Shown here one piece after another: positions 1 to 9,873 of a stretch of DNA of 64,000 nt. The stretch spans positions 608,151 through 672,150 of the forward strand of contig CAWHBK010000002.1 of assembly GCA_963827605.1 (NCBI GenBank), in the 5' to 3' direction. The notes below the pieces were generated by a model that did no database searches, was not told the origin of the DNA, and saw nothing but the letters and a program-made list of their open reading frames with translations. The position numbers were made by a program, and so were the translations under genes. This stretch comes from an uncultured Chloroflexia bacterium (GTDB lineage Bacteria > Chloroflexota > Anaerolineae > Anaerolineales > Anaerolineaceae). The first letter of the stretch is position 1. Every line of letters begins with the position of its first letter.

Positions 1-141
1 GTGGTGCACGGCTTCGCCACGCTGGAGGTGGAGGGCGGGTTCGGTATCCCGCTGGACCTGGACGAGAGCTTTCGCCGGCTGGTTGAGACGGTGATCCGGG
101 GCTGGATACGAGATGTGAACCAGCAAGCCAGGCGGTCCTGA
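1..141 (+). CDS. TetR/AcrR-family regulator, C-terminal fragment (5-prime end outside window)
   Basis: Frame 1 is open from base 1 to TGA at 139-141 (VVHGFATLEVEGGFGIPLDLDESFRRLVETVIRGW...). It resembles the WHG-type C-terminal domain of TetR regulators. It is too short for the ORF track. Confidence 0.45.
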   Translation: MVHGFATLEVEGGFGIPLDLDESFRRLVETVIRGWIRDVNQQARRS

Positions 142-278
142 GGACGGTTGAAGGCCGGGGAGGCTGCGCGCGCAGCATCTTCGGAAGGGTAGTATACTTT
201 CTGGGTTCCAAGTTGTAGATGAAGCAGTCTTATTCACCGATATCCGAAAACCTATTGAAAGCTTGAAAGGACCATTTC

Positions 279-2610
279 ATGCAAAAGCAATCCTTCAACC
301 ACGATTGGCGTTTCCGGCTGGGCGAACCACAGGGGTGGGGTCCGATGGAGCCTGACGAGAGCTGGCGCCTGGTCGAACTGCCGCACGATTGGAGCATTGA
401 GCTGGACCGCGATCCAAACGCGCCAAACGGCGTTTCGGTGGGGTTCTTCCCGATGGGGCGTGGGTATTACCACAAAACCTTTACAGCGCCAGAGGAATGG
501 CGCGGGAAGAAGGTAATGTTAGCGTTCGAAGGAGTGTACATGAACGCGGAGGCCTGGCTGAACGAGAATTACCTGGGCCGGCATCCCTATGGCTACACCA
601 GCTTCCTCCTGGACCTGACCCCTTATCTGAAGGTTGGCGAAACGAACAAGCTGCGCATTAAGGTGGATAATTCTCACCAGGGCAACAGCCGCTGGTATTC
701 CGGGTCTGGCATTTATCGCCCGGTCTGGTTGTACGTCGCCGAACCGGTGCACGTGGCGCATTGGGGCGTGGCGATTAGCACGCCGGAGATTTCCAACGAG
801 AAGGCCATGGTGCGGGTAGAGGCGCAGGTAATGAACGAAAGCGCCACGCCCCAGAACGTGGTTGTGCAGTATCAGATTACCGGTCCAGACAAGAGCCTAT
901 GGACCACGATGGAAGCGCGCGCCAGCATTGAAGCGGGGGCGAGCCAGGCGTTTGTGCGTAACTTGCAGGTTAATAACCCGCAGCTCTGGTCGGCGGAAAC
1001 GCCCAACCTGTACAGCCTGGAAACCAGGGTAACGGTTGATGGAAAAACAGTAGACTCGGAGAGCACCAGCTTTGGCATCCGCAGCATCGCGTGGAGCGCG
1101 GAGAAGGGTTTCCTGCTCAACGGGCAATCGATTAAGATGAAGGGCGGCTGCGTGCACCACGATAACGGCGTCATGGGCGCGGCTTCCTACCCGCACGCGG
1201 AGGAACGCAAGGTGGCGCTGCATAAGGCCAGCGGATACAACGCCATCCGCTGCGCGCACAACCCACCCGCGCCGGCCTTCCTGGATGCCTGCGACCGGCT
1301 GGGAATGCTGGTGATGGATGAAGCCTTCGACTGCTGGCGGGAAGGGCAAGAACCCGTGGGATTATCACGTGGCCTTCGATGACTGGTGGGAGCGCGACAT
1401 CGAGAGCATGGTGCTGCGCGACCGCAACCATCCCAGCGTGGTGGTGTGGAGCATCGGCAACGAGGTATACGAACGGGACGGGCGCTCAAATGGGGTCGGC
1501 ATCGCCAGGATGCTGGCCGATAAAGTACGCGCGCTGGATCGCACGCGCCCGGTGACATCGGCGATCAACGGCGTTCGGGCCACGGATCGCAAGTGGGAAG
1601 ATACCGACGCGGTCTTTGCCGCGCTGGATATCGGCGGTTATAACTACCAGTGGAAAGAATACCACCAGGACCACGAACGGCAGCCTGAGCGGGTGATGTT
1701 CGGTACGGAAACCTTCCCGCTGGAGGCGTTCGATAACTGGATGAGCGTGCTGGATCACAGCTACGTGGTCGGCGATTTTGTGTGGACATCGATGGATTAC
1801 CTGGGCGAATCGGGGATTGGCCGGCAGCATTACGATGCGGATAAAGCCAGGTTCCTGGGCGACTATCCCTGGCACCAGGCCTACTGCGGCGATATCGACC
1901 TGGCCGGGTTCAAGCGGCCGCAGTCCTATTACCGGGATATCGTTTGGGGACATGGGGCGAAGCTGTACCTTGCGGTGCATTACTCCGGTCCCTGAAGGCA
2001 AGACCCCCATGGTAACGCGCTGGGGCTGGCCAGATGTCGATGCGAACTGGACCTGGCCGGGCCAGGAAGGCCAGACCTTTCAGGTGGATGTGTACTCAGC
2101 CTGCGAGAAGGTGGAGCTGTTCCTCAACGGCAAATCGCTGGGAACCAAACCAACCGGCAAAGCCGAGAAATTCATCGCCAGCTTTGAAGTCCCCTATGCA
2201 GCCGGGCGAACTGAAGGCGGTGGGGTACCGGGGCAGTGAAGCAGAGGCCCAGGCTGTGCTGACCACGGCCAGCGCGCCGGCGGCGATCCGCCTGACGGCC
2301 GACCGTAAGACAATCCGGGCGGAAGCAGGCGAGCCTGGCTTATATCACCGTCGAGGTTGTGGATGGGCAGGGCTGCATGCACCCGGCCGCGGACAACGCG
2401 ATCTTCTTCACCGTACAGGGCGCCGGCGAGCTGGCCGCGGTAGGCAGCGGCAACCCAACCAGCACCGAGCGCTACCGCGGCAACCAGCGCAAGGCGCACC
2501 GCGGGCGCTGCGTGGTGGTGGTGAAATCCACCGGCCAGCCGGGCGAAATTCGCCTGCGCGCCCAGGCAGACGGGCTGGATGGCGCGGAGATCGTGGTAAG
2601 AGTGGACTAA
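279..2610 (+). pseudogene. Glycoside hydrolase family 2 (beta-galactosidase-like) gene, interrupted by about four single-base frameshifts as assembled
   Basis: ORF pieces 279..1382, 1318..1995, 1778..2239, 2034..about 2330 and 2359..2610 join into one GH2-like protein (NHDWRF N-terminus, VVWSIGNE acid/base region, C-terminal beta-sandwich domains). Junctions lie near 1346, 1980, 2203 and 2325. There are no stops inside the in-frame pieces. Confidence 0.8.
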
Positions 2611-2645
2611 CCCCACCCTTTCAAACCTCCGCAGCGACAATGTTC

Positions 2646-2688
2646 CAATGCAAAAATTCACCGGTTGCACCGGTGAATTTTTGCATTG
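2646..2688. terminator. Perfect 20-bp-stem hairpin between convergent genes (likely bidirectional terminator)
   Basis: caatgcaaaaattcaccggt (2646-2665), loop tgc, accggtgaatttttgcattg (2669-2688). It lies between the GH2 stop (2610) and the PP2C stop (2696). Confidence 0.6.
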
Positions 2689-2695
2689 AATACTT

Positions 2696-3631
2696 TTATA
2701 AAAATCGGGCTACGATTACGGAAATATTATCGGGGCCCTGGTTGGTGTTGGCCAGAAAAACCAGGCGCTCGGCAGCCTGCTGGGGGCGGTATTCGAGCAC
2801 CACTGCCTGGATCTGAGGCTCGGTGACCGGCCCCCATAAGCCATCCGAGCAAAGCACCAGGTGGTCACCCACCTGCCACTCAAACGTATTGGTATAGGTG
2901 GTGATATCCTCTCGCTGGGCGCTGATAGACATACTGAGCACGTTGCGGCGGGGATTATGGCGCACATCCGCCTCGGTAATCATGCCCTGGCGAAGCTGTT
3001 CGCCTACCAGGCTGTGATCGTAACTGATCTGGCGGACCTGCCGGTCATTGACCAGATACGCCCGGCTGTCCCCCACGTTGATCAGGTGGATGCTGCGGCC
3101 TTTGAGCACCGCCGCAACTACCGTACTGCCCATTTTTCCCAGCGCGGGGTCCGCGGAAGCTTGCTGTTTCATGGCGTTGAGCGCGGCAGACACACCAGTT
3201 TGCAGGGTCTGGAGGGGCGCGGCATGCCCACCGGCCTGTTGGTAAACCTCGGCGAAGCTGCTTACCACCAACTGGCTGGCAATCGCCCCACCCTCATACC
3301 CGCCCATACCGTCCGCAATTACCAGCAGCGGCGGGCGGCGGTTGAAAAGCGTTGGCCGGACAACGCATAACGAATCCTGGTTTTGTTTGCCAATCCGTCT
3401 TCGACCTGGGTCCAGAGCGCTGCCAATTTCGAACATATCTCTCCTATCGGGTAATCCGAAGATGGTTTTCTTCTGGCGATCCGGAAGGCGGATTCCGCTG
3501 CGCGTCCAGCCGTTTTCCACGAATGTCCGACCGAAATAAAGTGTTCCGATCCGGTAGGTTTCCTGTGTATATCCTGGAGAATCACAATCCGGGACTAAAC
3601 GTAGTATACAAGGATTGTTTTGCCCCGTCAA
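2696..3631 (-). CDS. PP2C-family Ser/Thr protein phosphatase
   Basis: 311-aa ORF with LLVIADGMGGYEGG, INVGDSRAYL and LVLCSDGLWG metal-binding motifs typical of PP2C. The true start may be an internal Met. Confidence 0.8.
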   Translation of the reverse strand: MTGQNNPCILRLVPDCDSPGYTQETYRIGTLYFGRTFVENGWTRSGIRLPDRQKKTIFGLPDRRDMFEIGSALDPGRRRIGKQNQDSLCVVRPTLFNRRPPLLVIADGMGGYEGGAIASQLVVSSFAEVYQQAGGHAAPLQTLQTGVSAALNAMKQQASADPALGKMGSTVVAAVLKGRSIHLINVGDSRAYLVNDRQVRQISYDHSLVGEQLRQGMITEADVRHNPRRNVLSMSISAQREDITTYTNTFEWQVGDHLVLCSDGLWGPVTEPQIQAVVLEYRPQQAAERLVFLANTNQGPDNISVIVARFL

Positions 3632-3658
3632 ATATAAAAAAGGCTCTCTAGAAGTTGC

Positions 3659-3711
3659 CGTGGTGTTAGAGGGGATGTGCTGGGCACATCCCCATACGTA
3701 TCAAGCTAAGG
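3659..3711. repeat. Left terminal inverted repeat of the IS
   Basis: cgtggtgttagaggggatgtgctgggcacatccccatacgtatcaagctaagg. It matches the reverse complement of 5907-5960 and contains the palindrome ggggatgtgc-N3-gcacatcccc. Confidence 0.85.
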
Positions 3712-3788
3712 GTGATCAAGGCAGTATAACCGCTGACAAATATCACCCTTAGCTAAATAATCCGCTGAATATTTTCAGCATAGAAAAA

Positions 3789-4502
3789 TTATTCCTCCCA
3801 CAAAACAATGACATACAAGCCTTTTTGTTCGTTAATCGCATATGAAAGGATCGTTTTCGTATCTTGAATAAGAGTTGCCTCGCTTTTTTTCTCATCGGGG
3901 TTTTGAAACTGGGATAACTCATCATTGATAACCTTGTTCAACTTGTCATATAAGGAAACACAATCTTGATAACTAACCCAACCCCCTTGGTTATATGAAT
4001 ACATGGGCCTAATCCATCTCCAATATGGATCTTGATGGGAAATTTTATCGATCTGATGGGCATCTTCTGCTTTATCTGAAACGAGCTTACCTATTGGATC
4101 CCCATAAATAAGGGTATTAATTTCAGAAGATGACCAGTTTATTCTTTCAAGCACGGATACCAGTTTTCTCCAGGAATAGCCAATATTCAAAGCGCAAGGA
4201 AATAAGTATTGGGACATCAGTACAAGAAACCGTTTTCCAATCTCATAGTTTAGGAATTGAATTTCATTCAGACTTACAAGGGACTTTACATTTTTTATTG
4301 GCTCACCAAATCCTAAGTCTTTGAGGATGAAATCCTCATCATTAGTATTAGAGGTAATCTGAAAAATACGTTCGTCTAAATCTTTGATGTTCCCTTTTTC
4401 AATTGATAAACCTAATGGTTTTGCTTCTTTAGAAAATTTTTCGTAATCGAAGAGAAGCGCAATATGGTAAAACATCAATTCACCCTTCTTTGTCTGTGCC
4501 AA
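3789..4502 (-). CDS. Hypothetical protein (cargo ORF of the IS), no recognisable domain
   Basis: 237-aa ORF inside the IS boundaries, divergent from the transposase. It is strikingly AT-rich (about 35-38% GC by eye). Met10 (MFYHIALL) is an alternative start. Confidence 0.5.
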   Translation of the reverse strand: MAQTKKGELMFYHIALLFDYEKFSKEAKPLGLSIEKGNIKDLDERIFQITSNTNDEDFILKDLGFGEPIKNVKSLVSLNEIQFLNYEIGKRFLVLMSQYLFPCALNIGYSWRKLVSVLERINWSSSEINTLIYGDPIGKLVSDKAEDAHQIDKISHQDPYWRWIRPMYSYNQGGWVSYQDCVSLYDKLNKVINDELSQFQNPDEKKSEATLIQDTKTILSYAINEQKGLYVIVLWEE

Positions 4503-4591
4503 TCAAAAATATTTGGAAATGCTCTAAACGAGCGGGAAGCTCTTCGAGTATGATCTGTTTACCACAACTGATCAACAAGAGGAACTTCCCA

Positions 4592-5917
4592 ATGACAAGT
4601 ATAGAACAGGTTGGGCAGGCGATGCAGCGAATTTTAGGGGACAAAGCAGATCAATTAGCCCGAAAGACTGGATTTGTTCAGCGAGAGTCAAAGATGGGTG
4701 GGGCGGAGTTCGTCCAAACACTGGTATTTGGATGGCTGAGTAATCCGCAGGCGACACTGGAAGAATTAGCCCAGACAGCAGCAAGTGTTGGGGTGGAAAT
4801 TAAGCCACAGGGTCTAGATCAACGGTTTACCAAAGCGGGTGCAGATTTTCTGAAAAACGTACTAGATCAGGCTGTGAACGAGCTAGTGCAAGGTGAGGCC
4901 CCTGCCAATGATGTGTTGAAACGATTTTCGGGCGTGTATATTCAAGATAGCACGATTGTGGACTTACCCGAGGAACTGACTGAGACGTGGAAGGGGTGCG
5001 GAAATCAGGAAGGTGCTGGACAACCGGCGGCCGTCAAGATCGAGGTACGCCTGAATATGCTGGAAGGTGAGATGATCGGTCCCTTGCTGGAAAATGGACG
5101 AGTGCATGATGCTGTTTCGCAAATTCAGACCGTCGACCTGCCCAAAGGTGCTTTATCCATTGCCGATTTGGGGTACTGGAGCCTGCCTGAGATGAGCCGC
5201 CAGGCCGCGAACGGCGTTTTTTGGTTGTCACGGATCTCAACCCGCGCTAAAGTGGTGACTTTGGATGATAAGGTCTGGGATTTGTTGGATTTTTTACAGG
5301 CACAGCCCAGTGCATCGATCGATTGTCCCATCTTGCTCACGGCGCAACATCGTGTCCCAGCCCGCCTGTTAGCCATGCGTGTTTCACAAGAGGTGGCCGA
5401 TCGTCGTCGGCATAAGTTGCGGGAGGAAGCGCAGCGTCGAGGCAAACCTATCAGTCAGAAACGATTAGCGCTGGCGGCTTGGACCATCTTGGTCACCAAT
5501 GTACCCGCCGAGATGCTCACGCTACGGCAAGCGATGATCCTCATCCGGGTCCGCTGGCAGGTGGAACTGCTTTTCAAGCTGTGGAAAAGCCATGGGCGGA
5601 TGGATGAATGGCGCAGTACCAAACCCTGGCGGATTTTGATCGAAGTGTACGCCAAACTATTGGCCATGCTGATTCAGCACTGGCTCTTCCTGATCAGTTT
5701 TTGGCGTTTTGCCAACCGCAGCTTGTTCAAAGCCGCCTGCACCATTCAGCGTCACGCTCTGCTTCTGGCTTGTTCTTGCGCCTTCTCTGGATGCCCTGGT
5801 CGCTGCGATCACCATCGTTCAACGCTGTTTGGCTGCCGGTTGCCGCATCAACAAACGCAAAACCGATCTGCGTTCCTTCCAACTCCTTCTTTCACTGAAC
5901 GAGGAGCCTTAGCTTGA
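4592..5917 (+). CDS. IS4-family DDE transposase
   Basis: ORF 4490..5917, with a likely start at Met35 (4592, MTSIEQVGQAM...). The C-terminal IRVRWQVELLFKLWKSHG motif is typical of IS4-type DDE_Tnp_1 transposases. Confidence 0.85.
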   Translation: MTSIEQVGQAMQRILGDKADQLARKTGFVQRESKMGGAEFVQTLVFGWLSNPQATLEELAQTAASVGVEIKPQGLDQRFTKAGADFLKNVLDQAVNELVQGEAPANDVLKRFSGVYIQDSTIVDLPEELTETWKGCGNQEGAGQPAAVKIEVRLNMLEGEMIGPLLENGRVHDAVSQIQTVDLPKGALSIADLGYWSLPEMSRQAANGVFWLSRISTRAKVVTLDDKVWDLLDFLQAQPSASIDCPILLTAQHRVPARLLAMRVSQEVADRRRHKLREEAQRRGKPISQKRLALAAWTILVTNVPAEMLTLRQAMILIRVRWQVELLFKLWKSHGRMDEWRSTKPWRILIEVYAKLLAMLIQHWLFLISFWRFANRSLFKAACTIQRHALLLACSCAFSGCPGRCDHHRSTLFGCRLPHQQTQNRSAFLPTPSFTERGALA

Positions 5918-5960
5918 TACGCATGGGGATGTGCCGGGCACATCCCCTCTAACACCACGC
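5907..5960. repeat. Right terminal inverted repeat of the IS
   Basis: ccttagcttgatacgcatggggatgtgccgggcacatcccctctaacaccacg is the inverted match of 3659-3711. Confidence 0.85.
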
Positions 5961-6004
5961 CGAATCCCAAAGACACATAAAAAACCTGTAGAAATATTGG
6001 TAAA

Positions 6005-6808
6005 ATGGATTCAAAAGGAGCAAGCGTGCCAAAGACAACGATCCGCGAGGAAATTGACCTATCTTTCCTGCGCAGCTGCTTGATGGAAGCCGGAAAGATG
6101 GCGCTGGGCCAGCGCGGCCAGATGATCAGCATGATCAAAGCCGACCTGACCCCCGTGACGGAGGTAGACCGCCAGGTAGAGGACTATTTAATCGAGCGGA
6201 TCAACCAGCGCTACCCTGACGATACGATCCTCTCGGAGGAAAGCGGCCTGCACGCGAGCCAGGAGACAACCGCGTGGGTTATCGACCCGATCGATGGGAC
6301 GCGCTCGTTTGCCACCGGGCTGCCTATTTGGGGAGTATCGATCGGCATCTTACGCCAGAATGAGCCGGTTGCCGGCGGCTTTTATATGCCCGTCACCAAT
6401 GAGATGTATTGGGGAACGCGCCAGCAGGCATTTTACAATGACCAACCCATCGCGCCTATCAAAGAAATCGACCTGGACAGCCCGCTCGTGTTCCTGGCGG
6501 TACCCTCCAGCGCGCATTTACATTTTACAATCTGCTATCCGCGGGTGCGCGCCCTGGGGAGCACAGCCGCACACCTGGCCTACACCATGACTGGGGCAGC
6601 GGTGGGGGCATTGACCCGGTCGATCTACTTGTGGGATATCGCCGGGGTGCTGCCTTTACTGGCTGCGACCGGGATCGAGATTACCACCCTGAGCGGAAAC
6701 TCCTATCAACCCGCTACGATGGGTAACGGCGAAAAAGCGCCCGAGCCGCTACTGGCAGCCCACCCGAGCGTGGCGAAAACGATCCGGGCGGCAATCCAGA
6801 CAAAATAA
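6005..6808 (+). CDS. Inositol monophosphatase family protein
   Basis: 267-aa ORF with the WVIDPIDGTRSF motif and SEE metal-binding region characteristic of the IMPase/SuhB family. Confidence 0.8.
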   Translation: MDSKGASVPKTTIREEIDLSFLRSCLMEAGKMALGQRGQMISMIKADLTPVTEVDRQVEDYLIERINQRYPDDTILSEESGLHASQETTAWVIDPIDGTRSFATGLPIWGVSIGILRQNEPVAGGFYMPVTNEMYWGTRQQAFYNDQPIAPIKEIDLDSPLVFLAVPSSAHLHFTICYPRVRALGSTAAHLAYTMTGAAVGALTRSIYLWDIAGVLPLLAATGIEITTLSGNSYQPATMGNGEKAPEPLLAAHPSVAKTIRAAIQTK

Positions 6809-6986
6809 AGAATTTGAAAATCCGGTATAATTCATCACAACATAATAGATTGGTGTGCCTTTATTTTTAAAGGGGGATTATTAAGGGCAGCTTTGCCAGC
6901 AACAGGGCGGCTCTTTTTATTTGTGCATGGAATCCACGCAAACTACTGTAGTGCAGGGTTTTTCCGAAAACCTCCAATAGGAGAAA

Positions 6987-8631
6987 ATGGTCATGAAAAC
7001 AGTGGTTGCAGCCGCTTTGGGGGAATGCGTCCATGTGGCCGGGGTGATGAATTTTCTGCGCCTGGCTGAAGCCGCCGGCTGGCGGACCGTTTTCCTCGGT
7101 CCGGCAGTGCCCATCGAGCACGTGCTGGAGGCCGCCCGGCGCGAGAAAGCCGACCTGGTGGGCGTCTCCTACCGGCTGACGCCCGAGACCGGCGAGCGCC
7201 TGCTGGGCGAGTTTGCCGAAGCCGCCGACGACCTGCACGCGCAGGGGGTGCGCTTTGCCTTTGGCGGCACCCCGCCGGTGGCTGAGCGAGCGCGGGCAAT
7301 GGGCTTCTTCGAGCGCGTCTTTGACGGCAGCGAGCCGGCCGAAACGGTGCTGGCCTATCTGAAGGGGCAGGCCGGCGGAACTGGCCGGCAGAAACCGACT
7401 TCCCGCAAACCACCATCGAGCGCATCCACTGGAAATCGCCCTTCCCGCTGCTGCGCCATCATTTTGGGCTGCCCACGCTGGAAGCACACCCGGCGGGGGA
7501 TCGAGCAGATCGCCGAGGCCCAGGCGCTGGATGTGATCTCGCTGGGGATCGACCAGGACGCCCAGGAGAATTTCTTCCATCCCGAGCGCCAGGATCCGCG
7601 CCGCACGGGCGCCGGCGGCGTGCCGGTGCGCAGTCGCCGAGGATTACCAGGCGCTGTTTGCCGCCAGCCGGCGCGGCAATTATCCGCTGCTGCGCACCTA
7701 TTCCGGGACGGATGATTTCATCCGCCTGGCGGAGATGTATGTCGAGACGATCCACAACGCCTGGTGCGCCATCCCGCTGTTCTGGTTCAACCAGATGGAT
7801 GGGCGCGGGCCGTGGGACCTGGAAGGCTCGATCCGCGAGCACCAGCAGGTGATGGCCTGGTACGGCGCGCGCGGCATCCCGGTGGAGCTGAACGAGCCGC
7901 ACCACTGGGGCATGCGCGATGCGCCGGATGTGGTCTTTGTGGTCTCGGCCTACCTGGCGGCCTATAATGCCCGCGCCTTTGGCGTGCAGGATTACATCGC
8001 CCAATTGATGTTCAACAGCCCGCCCGGCCATTCGGACGCGATGGACCTGGCCAAGATGCTGGCGGTGCTGGACCTGATCGAACCGCTGGCGGGGCCCAGA
8101 TTTCCGCATCTGGCGGCAGACGCGCACCGGCCTGCTCAGCTACCCGCTCGACCCCGCCGCCGCCCGCGCCCACCTGGCCGCCAGCATCTACCTGCAGATG
8201 GCGCTGCACCCGCACATCATCCACGTCGTCGGGCATACCGAAGCCGACCATGCCGCCACCGCCGGAGGATGTGATCGAAGCCTGCGGGCTGGCCCGGCGG
8301 GCGATCGAGAATGCCCTGCACGGCGCGCCGGATATGACCGCCGACCCGCGCGTGCAGGCAGCGCAAAGAGCAGCTGGTAGCCGAAGCGCAGGTCACCCTG
8401 CGAGCCATCGCGGGCTCTGGCCGGCGCAGGCATCGCCGACCCGCTGACCGACCCGGCCGCCCTGGCGCGGGCGGTCACCAGCGGGCATCCTGGATGCGCC
8501 GCAGCTGCGCAACAACCCCTTTGCGCAGGGGCACAGTCGCACACGCGCATCATCGACGGCGCCTGCCTGGCGGTCGATCCGACGGGCAGCCGCTGAGCGA
8601 AAGCGAGCGACTGGCTCGCCAGGCTGCATAG
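6987..8631 (+). pseudogene. B12-binding-domain protein fused to a glutamate/methylaspartate-mutase-E-like barrel, broken by at least nine frameshifts as assembled
   Basis: The N-terminal 130 aa (ORF 6987..) look like a Rossmann-type cobalamin-binding domain. Downstream pieces (7735.., 8198.., 8250.. and unlisted frames) read continuously only after frame changes near 7378, 7496, 7635, 8097, 8258, 8360 and several more before the TAG near 8629-8631. Confidence 0.55.
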
Positions 8632-8704
8632 CCGTACTTCGCGCAGGATCCATCAGCGCTCAATGCCACACTCGGAGACCTTCCAATCTCAAATGGAGCT
8701 ATGC

Positions 8705-9824
8705 ATGAATCAAACAACACACTTCACCGTGATCGGCGCCGGGCACGGCGGAAAAGCCATGGCTGCCCACCTGGCCTTGATGGGCTTTCCGACCACACTG
8801 TACAACCGCACCCCCGATCACATCAGCGCGATCAAAGAGCTGGGCGGGATCGACCTGGAAAGCTGCGAAGGCGGGCCGCACGGGTTTGGCAAGCTGGCAC
8901 TGCGTCACCTCCGATATGGCCGAAGCGCTCGAGAACGCGGACATGATCATGGTGGTGGTGCCTTCCTCGGCCCATGCGCGATATTGCCCGCACCGTGCGC
9001 TCCGCTACCTGAACGACGGGCAGATCGTGGTGCTGCACCCCGGGCGCACCTGCGGCGCGATCGAGTTCGCCAAAGTGCTGCGCGACCAGAACTGCACGGC
9101 CGATGTGACCGTCGCCGAAGCGGAGACCTTTATCTATGCCTCCCGCTCCGATGGCCCGGCCCAGGCGCGCATCTTCCGCATCAAAGAAGCCGTGCCGCTG
9201 GCGGCCCTGCCGGCCACCCGCACCCAGCATGGTGCTGGATACCATCCGCCAGGCCTACCCGCAGTTCATCGACGGCGGCAATGTGCTGCAAACCGGGCTG
9301 AATAACATGGGCGCCATCTTCCACCCGGCGCTGACCCTGCTCAACTGCCGGCTGGATCGAAGCGACCCACGGCGATTACCAGTTCTATATCGACGGCGTG
9401 ACCCCCTCGGTGGCGCGCGTGCTGGAAGCGCTGGACCGCGAGCGGGTGACGGTGGCCTCCTCGCTGGGCATCCGCGCGCGCACGGCCATGGAATGGCTGA
9501 AACTGGCCTACGACACCACCGGCGAAGACCTGCGACGAAGCCATCCACAACCAGCCCGGTTATTACGGCATCAAAGCGCCCCCCACGCTCAACCACCGCT
9601 ATATCTTCGAGGATGTGCCGATGAGCCTGGTGCCGATCGCCTCGCTGGGCCAGCGCTACGGCGTTTCGGTGCGCGGCATGGATGCGATCATCCGCCTGGC
9701 CTGCATCATCCACCGCACCGATTACTGGCGGCGCGGGCGCACGATCGACAAGCTGGGGATCAACAACCTGAGCGTCAGCGAGCTGACTCGCTATGTCAAT
9801 GAAGGCATTATGGAACCGGTGTGA
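8705..9824 (+). pseudogene. NAD(P)-dependent opine (octopine/nopaline) dehydrogenase family gene, broken by at least six frameshifts as assembled
   Basis: The N-terminus is MNQTTHFTVIGAGHGGKAMA (a GxGxxG fold). Pieces from ORFs 8663.., 8886.., 9136.., 9398.. and 9615..9824 join into one roughly 370-aa protein. Shifts lie near 8900, 8966, 8998, 9225, 9350 and 9535. Confidence 0.65.
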
Positions 9825-9873
9825 CCCACGAGGTGAAAAGTACCAACGCGGCACAGAGGTAAGTAAGCGCGAA

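Larger units (their letters stand above)
3659..5960 (+). mobile_element. IS4-family insertion sequence (about 2.3 kb) carrying a transposase plus one cargo ORF
   Basis: Bounded by 53-bp terminal inverted repeats that match at 50 of 53 positions. It contains a DDE transposase whose stop codon lies inside the right repeat. Confidence 0.85.

Noticed and set aside
3640-3665. Target-site duplication flanking the IS
   Set aside because: The sequences outside the two IRs (…ctagaagttgc and ccgaatccc…) do not share a direct repeat under any IR boundary I tried, so none is reported.
4490-4591. Longer transposase start at 4490 and longer opine-dehydrogenase start at 8663
   Set aside because: The upstream extensions add non-conserved residues. 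In the first case the extension overlaps the divergent cargo ORF start. Internal Met codons at 4592 and 8705 begin the conserved sequence.
6809-6986. Possible cobalamin riboswitch upstream of the B12-binding-domain gene
   Set aside because: I could not find a B12-box-like core or the conserved paired elements by eye. An Rfam scan would be needed before any claim.
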